NCBI GenBank assembly: GCA_002722595.1
Contig: PBMO01000035.1
Span: 49 to 64,048 of the forward strand
Length of the DNA: 64,000 nt
Direction: 5' to 3'
From: Methanobacteriota archaeon
Lineage (GTDB): Archaea > Thermoplasmatota > Poseidoniia > Poseidoniales > Thalassarchaeaceae
Position 1 is the stretch's first letter. The number at the start of each line of letters is the position of its first letter. A program made the position numbers and the translations under genes. This document shows positions 18,501-27,500 of this stretch, piece after piece. Below the pieces are notes generated by a model. That model did not search any database. It saw nothing but the letters and a program-made list of their open reading frames with translations, and was not told the DNA's origin.

Positions 18501-21445
18501 TCAATAATGCCTATTCTAGCAACACAATCACTCTTGATTTCAACATTCGGTATGAAGATTTGCCGATTGCACCAAATCCAAGTAGTTACCAAGTTTTATT
18601 GCAAAAGAGAAACCAGTCTAATTTACAATTCGAAGAGTGGTTGTTTGTTGATTCTACTGCTGCCACAATCGATGGTGATTATTCTTGGCAGCCTGGATTG
18701 CCTGTAACTGAGGCAGGTAACGAACAATATCGCCTACTCATGGAAAATTACACTGACGGAGATACAATATGCCCGCCAGCAGAATACAATCCAGATAGTG
18801 ATTGTGCGATACGTTTCTCAATTACATTGGATCCTTTTGCTCCACATTTGATGAACATTTCAGTTTACAGTCAGCAGGGCGACTGGAGAGATCTCGACGA
18901 TGACACTTGGGTCCGTGCTAGTAACAATCAGGTGTTCAGAATAGCAGCTCAAGATTTGCCGCTTGCTCCAGAATTTCTGACATTCAATTATTGGGTTGAA
19001 GCAGAAGATGATTGCGGTTTAGATGGTCTGTGTCCTGGTTCCCCTTCATACACTGCTCCCGATGAGGGTGAATTAGATCGTATCCCGCAACTCAATGAAT
19101 ACGAAAGTATTGCACTAGTTAGGGAAACTGCAGCCGATACATCATACTATACAATTGACCATCCATGTGGTTGTATCAGTGATTATGCAAACAGTGGTAT
19201 TGATCCGCCTCAGATGGTCAGCGTATTCGTATCGGGTAGTGATATTGGAGGCAATCCGATTGACGGCGGCTCATTTGGTGTGAATCAAGACTTAGTGACT
19301 TACATTGCAATGGAATCACGAGTTCCTTCAATCGAAGCCTTCCGAATTTCAGATTCTTCTGGAGCCATGCTTAACGAAAATAATCGTTCCGTATATGCTG
19401 GAAACGTTTACCATTTACTTGTTGATGGCAAGGATGACAATGGATGGAGGGACGTAGAGACAATTCGCGTAACTATGAATCCATCAATATCCTCGCCTAG
19501 TTCCAATTTCTATGATCCTGATGGTTCTATTGTAATTCATTATTCCCCGCAAAATGACACTGCTTGGACTGATAGTAATTGGTTGGAAATTATTGATGAC
19601 TACGAGAATGTTGGATTGAAACCAACAATGCTGACTAGGAACGGCGAGACACTATTCTCTCCATTTGAGCAGCGGTTTACATTAGATATTCCAATTCGTA
19701 TGGCATGGTCTATTCCACTGGCATATGTAGGTGGTGTCATCACTCCTGACATTGCTATTAAGGACAAAGATCCGAACAACAACGAAGTATTCATCAGCGC
19801 ATCGAGAAACCCTCAGCGGTGGTCCTATGCAAGTGGTATCGAACTGGACACAATGTCTTTCACAGTTGAGGACACATCTGGTTTCCCAACTGTAGGAGTC
19901 GGTTCACAAGACGGCGGTTTCGTCTATCAAGGTGACATCTTAGTTATCGATGGGCGATATGTTTTCAGTTCAGGAGTTAATGATTTGGTATTTGTCAAAC
20001 CAGAGTTGGAATTAACCTTGCGATTAACTCGTACACCATTGTACCCAGGAGGATTGCCAACCAGTGGATACTCGCCTGCAATAACCACGGTTGAGGAATA
20101 CATTTTCGAGAATGGTTCTTTCAACATTGTAACTCCAGCAGCATACGCAACAAATGAGTATACGTATACTATGGAATTGTTGGGACTTCCCCAAGGGGCT
20201 GTTGATAATACACCCGCATCGGATCGTACTTTCATAGTAAAAGTAGATGCTTCACCACCATCTCTAGTCTTTGGTTCTTGGGAACTTTCCAATTCAATTA
20301 CTGGAGACACCCTCGAGGGTAGCATATCCTCTTCTGAGATGAATTGTTTAGATGCTGAAGTGTTCATCAATGAAAAGCAGGGTATGGATACTGAATCTGT
20401 TAATTTGAATTGGATGTTCTTTGAGGTGAATCCTTCAATGAATAATTATGAATCCAATTGGACAGAATATCTCACTGCTTTTGAGGGATCGGATTGGACT
20501 GGATGGGAAAGTGCACCGATGTACATTCCACCTGGTTCTCAAGGTGATATTCGGGCCACATCAACATGTGTCAATTTGTGGAACAATACTCAACCAATAC
20601 CTTCTGAAATGGAGAATATTATTGTCAAGTTCTGGTTGACTGGTTATGATTCCTCGGGTCAACCCATTAGTGGTGCAGGTGAATTTGGCGATTCAATTTA
20701 CAGCGGAGAAGGGACATATAATCTGGATTATGAGTCCGCAAAGTTCGACATCACTCGTGTTGATTTGTCAGTAGATAAACCGATGGCAGAGAGTGATTTC
20801 GACCTCCTCATTGATTTTGTCAATAACGGAAATAAAGAAGGCGTACTTGAAATACAAATTGTCACCTGGATCGGTGATCAACCTAATTCACCAGTGACTT
20901 ACACGTACCCGGAGGAACCCGTACAACCTGGCGAAGATACACGCTGGAGAATTTCAATGGATCAATTCCCGAACCCTGCGAACAATGTCCGTTATGTCGT
21001 TTTGGACATGGATGGCGAGGAAATTGCCAGTGTCGATCCGTTCAACGTAGCCAAATATTCTGAAGCAGAACAAGGAGGAGACATGGTTCTGATTATAGGA
21101 ATCGCAGCAGTTGTTATTCTATTGGTTATTGCTGTCGTCGTAGTTTTGTTGGTATTGAATAAAGGTGTGGAGGATGAGGAGATTGAATATATTGAGGAAG
21201 AAGATTTCCTCCCAGCAGGTCAGGCTGTAACTCCAATGAGGAGTCAGGGTCCTCCTGCGACTCGTCCAGGTGAACGTAGAGGCCCACCGGGGGCAAAGCG
21301 CGGTCCTCCAGCTGCATCAAAGAGCCCAATGGATATTGCAAAGGAGAAGTTCCCGTTTTGGGATGAAGCAACAATCCAAAGTTACTTCGATCAAGGCTGG
21401 AACGTTGATCAACTCGAAGAATGGCTTGCAAGCCAAGACAATTGA
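15545..21445 (+). CDS. giant secreted cell-surface protein (1966 aa) with signal peptide, C-terminal TM anchor and cytoplasmic tail
   Basis: N-terminal signal peptide MATRTRMLSLSMIGLMLFSTTLVHA/AT. The body is long, Thr/Ser/Asn/Asp/Gly-rich and has many NxS/T sequons. A C-terminal TM helix (MVLIIGIAAVVILLVIAVVVVLLVL) is followed by an acidic then Pro/Arg/Gly-rich tail of about 100 aa. Confidence 0.85.
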   Translation: MATRTRMLSLSMIGLMLFSTTLVHAATISTFANGNNDVDVELRNQGTWGDDLTAGISLPTGETVDSAGLIIGTSYATHNNVQTIDSSIVPGGEIWNPIYNGAMTQYSATSDFTYEETYLKLTSMGYNADFEGTQEGWTAGADQGVPPQVTNWQLGSDENNQLPYGCEIGEWCWGTDFEGVDYTMDLNSGEYNLVLTSASFFVHPGKSDMSFRSFHSLVYRAVGTNQYYYDDCAYVAVQNSTNNADWNNARFSPFDVQATTGLSSGDGLYQLGSSTNQVPTSQCDYLGSNGPQTGDYVLGGNGTTASNSPQGWSEIKLDLSAHAGRYVKLNFIMEVNDLNGAAPFEMMNAGWYIDGVRVGDPLPAQGSVTMRSFAPQASGQQGFPDGYGLLHLDLEKSASADFGVDILDASNGNVVVDRNGNSMSNLQGSTIELWDIDASTYPLIDFKFTYGSGAARLASPVLNAFHLGTMIGTSFNSTNGFFFEGGMYDGSKWYSDMTGGSQVFITPARIDTSFPGALPVERYDLSMPIVAVKPMVTDNCGGPDILFGMSMNEEDSMVSMNNNQWIDVEPTYSFAVGANYTSFCEVTEFYAELKFAHHSRGITLDVAGDGDIEWGVTDEAFGRFGRQDMFRSGVVNGINEGDTHRTIAVDVNQHGEGAPFLLPRDASVSYAHIGYENNNLDTFDLSIISGSEEVSIGEIQEGVNAPPTPFSPLVSIQDDLQTLLDNPLVPTAWIDEYGNSWCLFRLSVDSATATGGSTITFRDLEIIYTWETALGPSHNIARELNQGVALGMQAGPELQSVVVPMTIVGGSGGAVNLNSLSISTTPGYDSTLDANGITGMYPNGDVIEIITTHDVSSSTGESLGGASLLFETSNGNMELRWDQMNGSFWEEYDDDDKINFRSMQSISSTLAGSTTVQLNWRFTVNADWDDTPSVRIYAATLSASGVNGLPAGILIQPPNGGNAVENDAGITDFHLYNQGGVEQIDLNNAYSSNTITLDFNIRYEDLPIAPNPSSYQVLLQKRNQSNLQFEEWLFVDSTAATIDGDYSWQPGLPVTEAGNEQYRLLMENYTDGDTICPPAEYNPDSDCAIRFSITLDPFAPHLMNISVYSQQGDWRDLDDDTWVRASNNQVFRIAAQDLPLAPEFLTFNYWVEAEDDCGLDGLCPGSPSYTAPDEGELDRIPQLNEYESIALVRETAADTSYYTIDHPCGCISDYANSGIDPPQMVSVFVSGSDIGGNPIDGGSFGVNQDLVTYIAMESRVPSIEAFRISDSSGAMLNENNRSVYAGNVYHLLVDGKDDNGWRDVETIRVTMNPSISSPSSNFYDPDGSIVIHYSPQNDTAWTDSNWLEIIDDYENVGLKPTMLTRNGETLFSPFEQRFTLDIPIRMAWSIPLAYVGGVITPDIAIKDKDPNNNEVFISASRNPQRWSYASGIELDTMSFTVEDTSGFPTVGVGSQDGGFVYQGDILVIDGRYVFSSGVNDLVFVKPELELTLRLTRTPLYPGGLPTSGYSPAITTVEEYIFENGSFNIVTPAAYATNEYTYTMELLGLPQGAVDNTPASDRTFIVKVDASPPSLVFGSWELSNSITGDTLEGSISSSEMNCLDAEVFINEKQGMDTESVNLNWMFFEVNPSMNNYESNWTEYLTAFEGSDWTGWESAPMYIPPGSQGDIRATSTCVNLWNNTQPIPSEMENIIVKFWLTGYDSSGQPISGAGEFGDSIYSGEGTYNLDYESAKFDITRVDLSVDKPMAESDFDLLIDFVNNGNKEGVLEIQIVTWIGDQPNSPVTYTYPEEPVQPGEDTRWRISMDQFPNPANNVRYVVLDMDGEEIASVDPFNVAKYSEAEQGGDMVLIIGIAAVVILLVIAVVVVLLVLNKGVEDEEIEYIEEEDFLPAGQAVTPMRSQGPPATRPGERRGPPGAKRGPPAASKSPMDIAKEKFPFWDEATIQSYFDQGWNVDQLEEWLASQDN

Positions 21446-21454
21446 GGACAAAGA

Positions 21455-22276
21455 ATGACTCTAGGATCAGTCCTTGGTTGGACTCCAATTGAATGGGATG
21501 ACCCTTTGGGCGGGACCATCAGATTGTGGCCGTATATTCCGCATGTTGTTCTGACCGATACTCTGCGTAGAACCGCTGGGAAGTGGGATGGAATTGCTTT
21601 TTTGTTACCAGACGATGAACCTGAGATTTGGGAAAGCCAAGTCGAGCAAGAGAGAAAGTCCCCGGGTATCAATCGCGATGCAATTTCGTCTAGTGGTGAC
21701 ACGTATTCAAGAATGATTCAAGGTATGACAACGATTACTTCAATTCAAACAAATCGTTTTCCTGACCCTGAGCCAAGAAGACTGTATCAATATGCCAATT
21801 CGGCTAGTGCTTCAAAACCTTCTTTTTTCATTGAACCCAATGATGAGGAATGGACAAAATGGGTTGAAGATTGTGCTGATGAAATGACTAGTTTACGTAA
21901 TTTAGCATCTTCAATATTTGGTGGCCGTGCATGGAAGAAAGCTCTGAGGGAATCAATGCTCGGAATCACACCACCTGAGATAGAAAGAGATGACGAAAAG
22001 GCTCATGCACTGGCTCTGGCAAGTTCCTTAGCGACAACATGGTGGAACCGTTCAGAATCGATGATTTCAGTTGAGTTACGCAGCCGGAGAGATTTGCGAT
22101 TCGCCGCTAGACTTAGGGGTGCTCTCAGAACACTTACAAGTCGACAAATTGATGACGAATCACCTCCTGTGCTATTTGTCCCAGTCATGCAGGCTTGGTT
22201 GCCCAGCATCCAAAACGCATTGATGGAATCGCCATTACCAGAAGAAATAGAGGTGGAATTAGATGACAGAAGCTAG
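21455..22276 (+). CDS. hypothetical protein
   Basis: A 273-aa ORF. Its ATG lies 9 nt after the giant gene stop and is preceded by GAGGA. I recognise no motif. Confidence 0.55.
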   Translation: MTLGSVLGWTPIEWDDPLGGTIRLWPYIPHVVLTDTLRRTAGKWDGIAFLLPDDEPEIWESQVEQERKSPGINRDAISSSGDTYSRMIQGMTTITSIQTNRFPDPEPRRLYQYANSASASKPSFFIEPNDEEWTKWVEDCADEMTSLRNLASSIFGGRAWKKALRESMLGITPPEIERDDEKAHALALASSLATTWWNRSESMISVELRSRRDLRFAARLRGALRTLTSRQIDDESPPVLFVPVMQAWLPSIQNALMESPLPEEIEVELDDRS

Positions 22277-22778
22277 AGTTGAAAACCAATTGTTCAGATT
22301 TATCCCTTCTACAAATTTAGAACAAAATAGAGTTGTTGAAGAACTAGGGGGGAAGAGGAACGGACGTTATGTCCTTCTTTCCTTGGTTGCTCCACGTTCA
22401 ACGATATTAGTAGATCAAGATGGTCGAATCATAGTACATGGTTGTAAAAAGCACGACATAGCCCACCTTGCAGCAAAAGAAGTCATGCTACGGCTAGGTG
22501 AAAGTGAAGCAGGGATGACATTTGAAATGGGTCCTGCAGTTGCATCTTTTGATTTACAATCCACAGTTTCAATTGAACGTGTGCCAGATCTTTTTCCTGA
22601 GGCAAGCGTTGATTCAGATTTTGACTGTCTTCGAATCAATGACAAGAAACATGAATTGAATATTCTTCTTTTCAGAAATGGTCGTGGTATTGCAACAAAT
22701 GCAAGGCACGAAAAGTTGGTTTCTATGGCTGCTAGAAGATGGAAACAGAGACTTTCTGATGAAAATCTTCTGAGTTGA
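22263..22778 (+). CDS. hypothetical protein, possibly a divergent two-repeat TBP-fold protein
   Basis: 171 aa. Two internal segments resemble the TBP repeat pattern: STILVDQDGRIIVHGCKKHDIAHLAAKEVMLRL and LNILLFRNGRGIATNARHEKLVSMAARRWKQRL. The second is preceded by VASFDLQSTVSIERVPDLFPEA. The canonical TBP signatures are not conserved. The ORF overlaps the upstream ORF by 14 nt. Confidence 0.45.
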   Translation: MTEARVENQLFRFIPSTNLEQNRVVEELGGKRNGRYVLLSLVAPRSTILVDQDGRIIVHGCKKHDIAHLAAKEVMLRLGESEAGMTFEMGPAVASFDLQSTVSIERVPDLFPEASVDSDFDCLRINDKKHELNILLFRNGRGIATNARHEKLVSMAARRWKQRLSDENLLS

Positions 22779-22784
22779 TTCAGT

Positions 22785-23678
22785 ATGGGGATTTCGGGTG
22801 GTCGTTGGACTGGCCCTATTTGGGATACACACATGCACTTGGATTTCAATGCCCGCGGCGTTTCCGCCGCTCAAGATTTCGCAAATGCGGGCGGGACTCA
22901 CATTTGTTTAGTACACAAACCGGGGTTTCCGGACCAGTTGCCAAAATCAATTGGAGATGTAAAAAATGCTTATGAAGGCACTTTGAAAATGGCGAATGCC
23001 GTTAGAAGAGAAGTTGGGATTGAGGTATATCCAATTCTTGGGCCACATCCAGTGGTCTGGGAAAAGCAAATTCATACAATTGGAATGGAAGTATCCAATC
23101 AACTCCACATTGAATCAGTTGAATTAGCTATCTCATACTGCCAAGAAGGTCAAGCCGTAGCAATTGGTGAGGTTGGACGCCCACACTATTCGGTCTCGGA
23201 TGAAGTGTGGGATGCAGCCAATATCCAGTTGTTGGAAGTCATGAAAATGGCTAAATCTGCAGATTTCCCGATTCAATTACACGTTGAAGAAAACGCAGCC
23301 CAAACTAATCTTGAGTTAGGAGAAATATGTGATAAAGCAGGGCTAAGTAGGGAACAAGCTGTTCATCACTATGCCTCAGGTGATGTAAGTAATGATTTCA
23401 CACATGGTTTATCATCATCGGTTAGTATGGGCAAAAGGAGTGTTGAAAATATTCTTCATTCATATCAACAATCAGATTGTAAATGGACAATGGAGACAGA
23501 CTACCTCGACGATATCAACCGGCCAGGAGCAGTTTTGGGGCCAAAGACCGTTCCCAAGAGAACACAAACTCTTACATCATCACTTTTGGAACTTGAAGAT
23601 CCTTCCGAAATAGAGAATTTGTTGATGAATATCCACCATTTCTGGCCAGAATCACTCTATGCGAAATTTGACCCGTAG
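22785..23678 (+). CDS. TatD-family metal-dependent hydrolase
   Basis: An HxH motif near the N-terminus (WDTHMHLDF), GEVGRPHY and IQLHVEE fit an amidohydrolase/TatD-like pattern. Confidence 0.7.
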   Translation: MGISGGRWTGPIWDTHMHLDFNARGVSAAQDFANAGGTHICLVHKPGFPDQLPKSIGDVKNAYEGTLKMANAVRREVGIEVYPILGPHPVVWEKQIHTIGMEVSNQLHIESVELAISYCQEGQAVAIGEVGRPHYSVSDEVWDAANIQLLEVMKMAKSADFPIQLHVEENAAQTNLELGEICDKAGLSREQAVHHYASGDVSNDFTHGLSSSVSMGKRSVENILHSYQQSDCKWTMETDYLDDINRPGAVLGPKTVPKRTQTLTSSLLELEDPSEIENLLMNIHHFWPESLYAKFDP

Positions 23679-23752
23679 GGTCAAGAACAAGGGGCACCCT
23701 CAAAACCCGTCTGCTTCCGAACCCCACAGCCCGTAGGGCTGGGAGTGCTTTC

Positions 23753-24544
23753 ATGTTGCAACTCGAGGGAAAGACCGCACTTGTATTTGGCGTAGCTTCT
23801 GAGGATTCAATTGCATGGGCAATTTGCAACCAACTTGCTGAAGCAGGGTGTCGATTGATATTGGGGTATCAGAAGAGATTCATGAGTCGAGTTTTCCAGT
23901 TGAAGGACAAGTTAGACGCAATTGATTCGTTTTATCCGATAGATGTTGCGAGTGAAGAAACAACAGCAGAATTCTTCCAAGAATGGCAAACTGAATCACC
24001 CGGTGCGAAAGCAGATATCGTCATTCATGCTATTGGGTTCGCTCCAAGAGAATGTTTTGATCGTCATATGCTATTTGTGGAGAATGACCCCATAAATACA
24101 GCAATGACGATTTCTGCACATTCACTTCAGAGAGTTATGCGTCATGCATTGCCCCATTTAGCCATCAATTCTTCAACAATCACACTTACCTATGCTGCGA
24201 GTACCCGATATGTGCCAAACTATGGCATCATGAGTATAGCAAAAGCGGCATTGGAGGCATGGGTTAGGGAATTGGCAATGCGTGTTGGAGAAGACGGGCA
24301 TAGAGTCAACGCCATTTCTTCCGGACCGATTCAAACTCTTGCAGCAAGTGGGATTCCCGGATTTGATGACATTCTCAATCACGTTGAGAGAAATTCCCCT
24401 TTACGAAGAAATGTCGATCAAAATGATGTTGCAGGTTGTGCAGTTTGGCTCTCTAGCGCTTTGAGTTCTGGAGTTACCGGCCAAGTCATCCATGTTGATG
24501 CCGGCTATTCTAGTACAATGGTGCCCGACAGCATTAGTGATTGA
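23753..24544 (+). CDS. fabI: enoyl-[acyl-carrier-protein] reductase, FabI type
   Basis: LEGKTALVFGVASEDSIAWAICNQLAEAG (FabI-type Rossmann), TYAASTRYVPNYGIMSIAKAALEA (Y-x6-Y...K catalytic pattern) and NAISSGPIQTLAASGI. Confidence 0.85.
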   Translation: MLQLEGKTALVFGVASEDSIAWAICNQLAEAGCRLILGYQKRFMSRVFQLKDKLDAIDSFYPIDVASEETTAEFFQEWQTESPGAKADIVIHAIGFAPRECFDRHMLFVENDPINTAMTISAHSLQRVMRHALPHLAINSSTITLTYAASTRYVPNYGIMSIAKAALEAWVRELAMRVGEDGHRVNAISSGPIQTLAASGIPGFDDILNHVERNSPLRRNVDQNDVAGCAVWLSSALSSGVTGQVIHVDAGYSSTMVPDSISD

Positions 24545-24554
24545 GGTGTGATGA

Positions 24555-27500
24555 ATGAAATTACTTGATGAGAATTCTCAAGATCCTTTTGAACCTATAG
24601 CAGTCATTGGAATCGGGGCATTATTTCCAGATGCTGATGATGTGGATGTCTTTTGGGAAAATATTCTCAAAACACATGTTTCGCTTAGAGAAGTTCCATC
24701 AAATCGTTGGGATGTATCGGACTTCTGGGTAAAAGGGGGGCCGAAAAATGTTGATGAAAATAAGACCTACTCAAAAATTGGTGGTTGGGTAGATGGCTTT
24801 GAATTTGATTGGAGGCGATGGAAGATACCACCAGGATCTCTGGGACAAATCGATTTGACTCAACAATGGGCGGTGGCGGTAAGTGCGGCAGCACTGGAAG
24901 ACGCTGGTTATATGGGTGAAAATAGCCGTGATTTACCAAACGAAAAGACTGGCGTAATTTTTGCGAATGCGTTAGGTGGGGAGAACAGGAATTTATCAAA
25001 TCATCGAATATGGGCTGACCAGTTCGCTCGCCATGCCATAGAGGTAGGAGGCATGCCTCCAAGTGGTGCTGAAGCCTTCAAACAGGCAATCACAGAGGGT
25101 TTACCCAAAGTAACTGAGGATACAATGCCAGGGGAGCTTGCCAATGTTGTATCAGGTAGGGTAGCCAACTTGTTAGATCTCCAGGGTCCAAATTATTCAA
25201 CTGATGCCGCCTGCGCATCAACCTTTGCTGCAATTTTAGACGCTTGTCGTTTACTACAAGCACGTCAAGTGGATATGATGGTCGCAGGTGCAAGCGACCG
25301 TACCATGGATCCAGCAACATTTGCTAAATTCAGTGCTATTGGAGCACTTTCTGCCACCCACTCTACACCTTTCGATTCGAATGCAAATGGATTTGTGATG
25401 GGTGAGGGGGCGGGGGCAGTTACTCTGAAACGATTATCCGATGCTATTCGGGACGGGGATCGCGTACAAGCTGTGATTCGTGGAATCGGTGCAAGTAGTG
25501 ATGGAAGAGGCAAGGGAATTACTGCACCGAGTACTAGAGGTCAGATTCAGGCCGTGACAAGAGCATATTCCCAAGCAGGTTACAACCCTTCATCAGTGCA
25601 ACTCATTGAGGCACACGGCACCTCCACAGTCGTAGGTGATGCCACTGAATTAACGAGTCTTTCAGAAGTATTCGGTGACGATATGCCGGGAAACAATGTC
25701 GCCGTTGGCTCAATAAAAAGTCAAATTGGACATCTGAAAGCAGCGGCAGGTATTGCTGGCTTGATAAAAGCCATTCGTGCTGTAGATACTGGCATAATTC
25801 CTCCTAGTGCTGGCTTTTCGAATCCAAATCAAAATATTGATTGGGAATCAAATCCATTCTTTGTTCCAACTGAATCAATTGAATGGAAACCTCTGGTAGA
25901 TTTACCTCGAAGGGCAGGAGTGTCATCATTTGGATTTGGAGGGACTAATTTCCATTGTACGATAGAATCATTCGAACCCAAATTGCATCAAAATATAGCA
26001 GATAATTTTGATTTGAGGAGAGAGGCATGGTTGAATCCTAACAGTTCTCCAACTAAATCTGTTGAAACATATTCGCATGATGAATTGAAGGAAATCGAAG
26101 GCGGGGTTTTGTTAGTAAATGCACCCAACCTCACAGATTTAGAATCTAAATTGTCTATTATCAAAGATGATTTATTCACAGGGTCCAATTTTGATGATGA
26201 CCCATATGGGAAGAGATTGTCGCAAGAGTTGCCTAGGGTGAGCCAGACTTACATTGCTGAAGGAATCCGTTGTGCAATCGTAGCGAGTAGTTGGGCTCAA
26301 CTTGAAACAAAATTTAATCTGTTGGAATCTTCAATAGGCGATAGAAGCAAGTGGGTTTTTCTATCCAAGAAAATGATTATGCTCACAGATGAAAAAATCC
26401 TCTCTAGTGATGCAAAAATTGCACAATTGTATCCTGGCCAAGGTAGCCAATATGTCGGTATGACAAATGATTTATCGAAGCGATATCGATGCATTGGTGA
26501 AACTTGGAGAGAAGCAGACAAGACGATGGTGAAAATCCTTGATGGAGAGACACTTTCTTCATTTGTACTGCGTGACAATCTTTCCGATGAAGAGTTAAAG
26601 GAAGCAGAATACAAATTGAAACAGACCGAATATACACAACCAGCGATGCTGACTGCAGATTTGGCCATTTATCGCTTATTATCACAGCATGGCATAGATC
26701 CAGATATGGTTGCTGGGCACTCATTGGGCGAATATGCAGCACTAATGGTTTCAGGAATTTTGCGTTTTGAAGATGCACTAAAGGCTGCAGCGGCAAGAGG
26801 GACTGAAATGGGTAGTGTAGACGTACCCGATAATGGAATTATGGCTTCTGTAACAGCACCTTTTGAACAGATTGAGAAAGTACTTGCAGCCGAAGATGGT
26901 TACGTGATTGCTGCAAACAAAAACAGTCCAAAGATGACTGTAATTGCTGGGGAAACTGAACCAATGAAGCGAGTGATGTCAGCATTTGAGGAAGCAGGAG
27001 CACCATGTGTGCAACTCCAAACTAGTCATGCATTCCATTCACGAATCGTCGCCCCTGCCAATGAACCCCTACGGCGATTCCTCAATGAGCTTCAAATTGA
27101 TCTACCATCCATACCAATCACCGCCAATTTAGATGGCCAATGGTACCCTAATGAGATTGGAGATAATGCCACTGCGAAAGAAGCTATTCTCTCCAAATTA
27201 GCACCACAGATGGCCTCATCAGTTGAATGGATTAAACAGATTGAAACAATGTATGAAGATGGCGCACGTCTATTCGTTGAGGTTGGACCTAAACGAGCCC
27301 TTGCGCTTTTCGCTGAACAGATTCTACATGACCGTCCACACATAGTCACCAACACAAATCATCCAAAAGTTGGTGGAATTACTTCCTTCCACGCAGCTCT
27401 TGCCGTACACGCTTTAGCAGGTAGGATTCCCAATATCCCCGATTTGGAGAGCGATATTTTGACAGATTCCTTCCGTTTGGGCGTCAAGAAACCATCTTCC

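Noticed and set aside
23679-23752. Possible small RNA or tRNA in the spacer before fabI (hairpin CAGCCC-GUA-GGGCUG)
   Set aside because: There is no cloverleaf and no T-loop consensus, and the hairpin is only 6 bp with no T-run. This is too weak to call as a feature.
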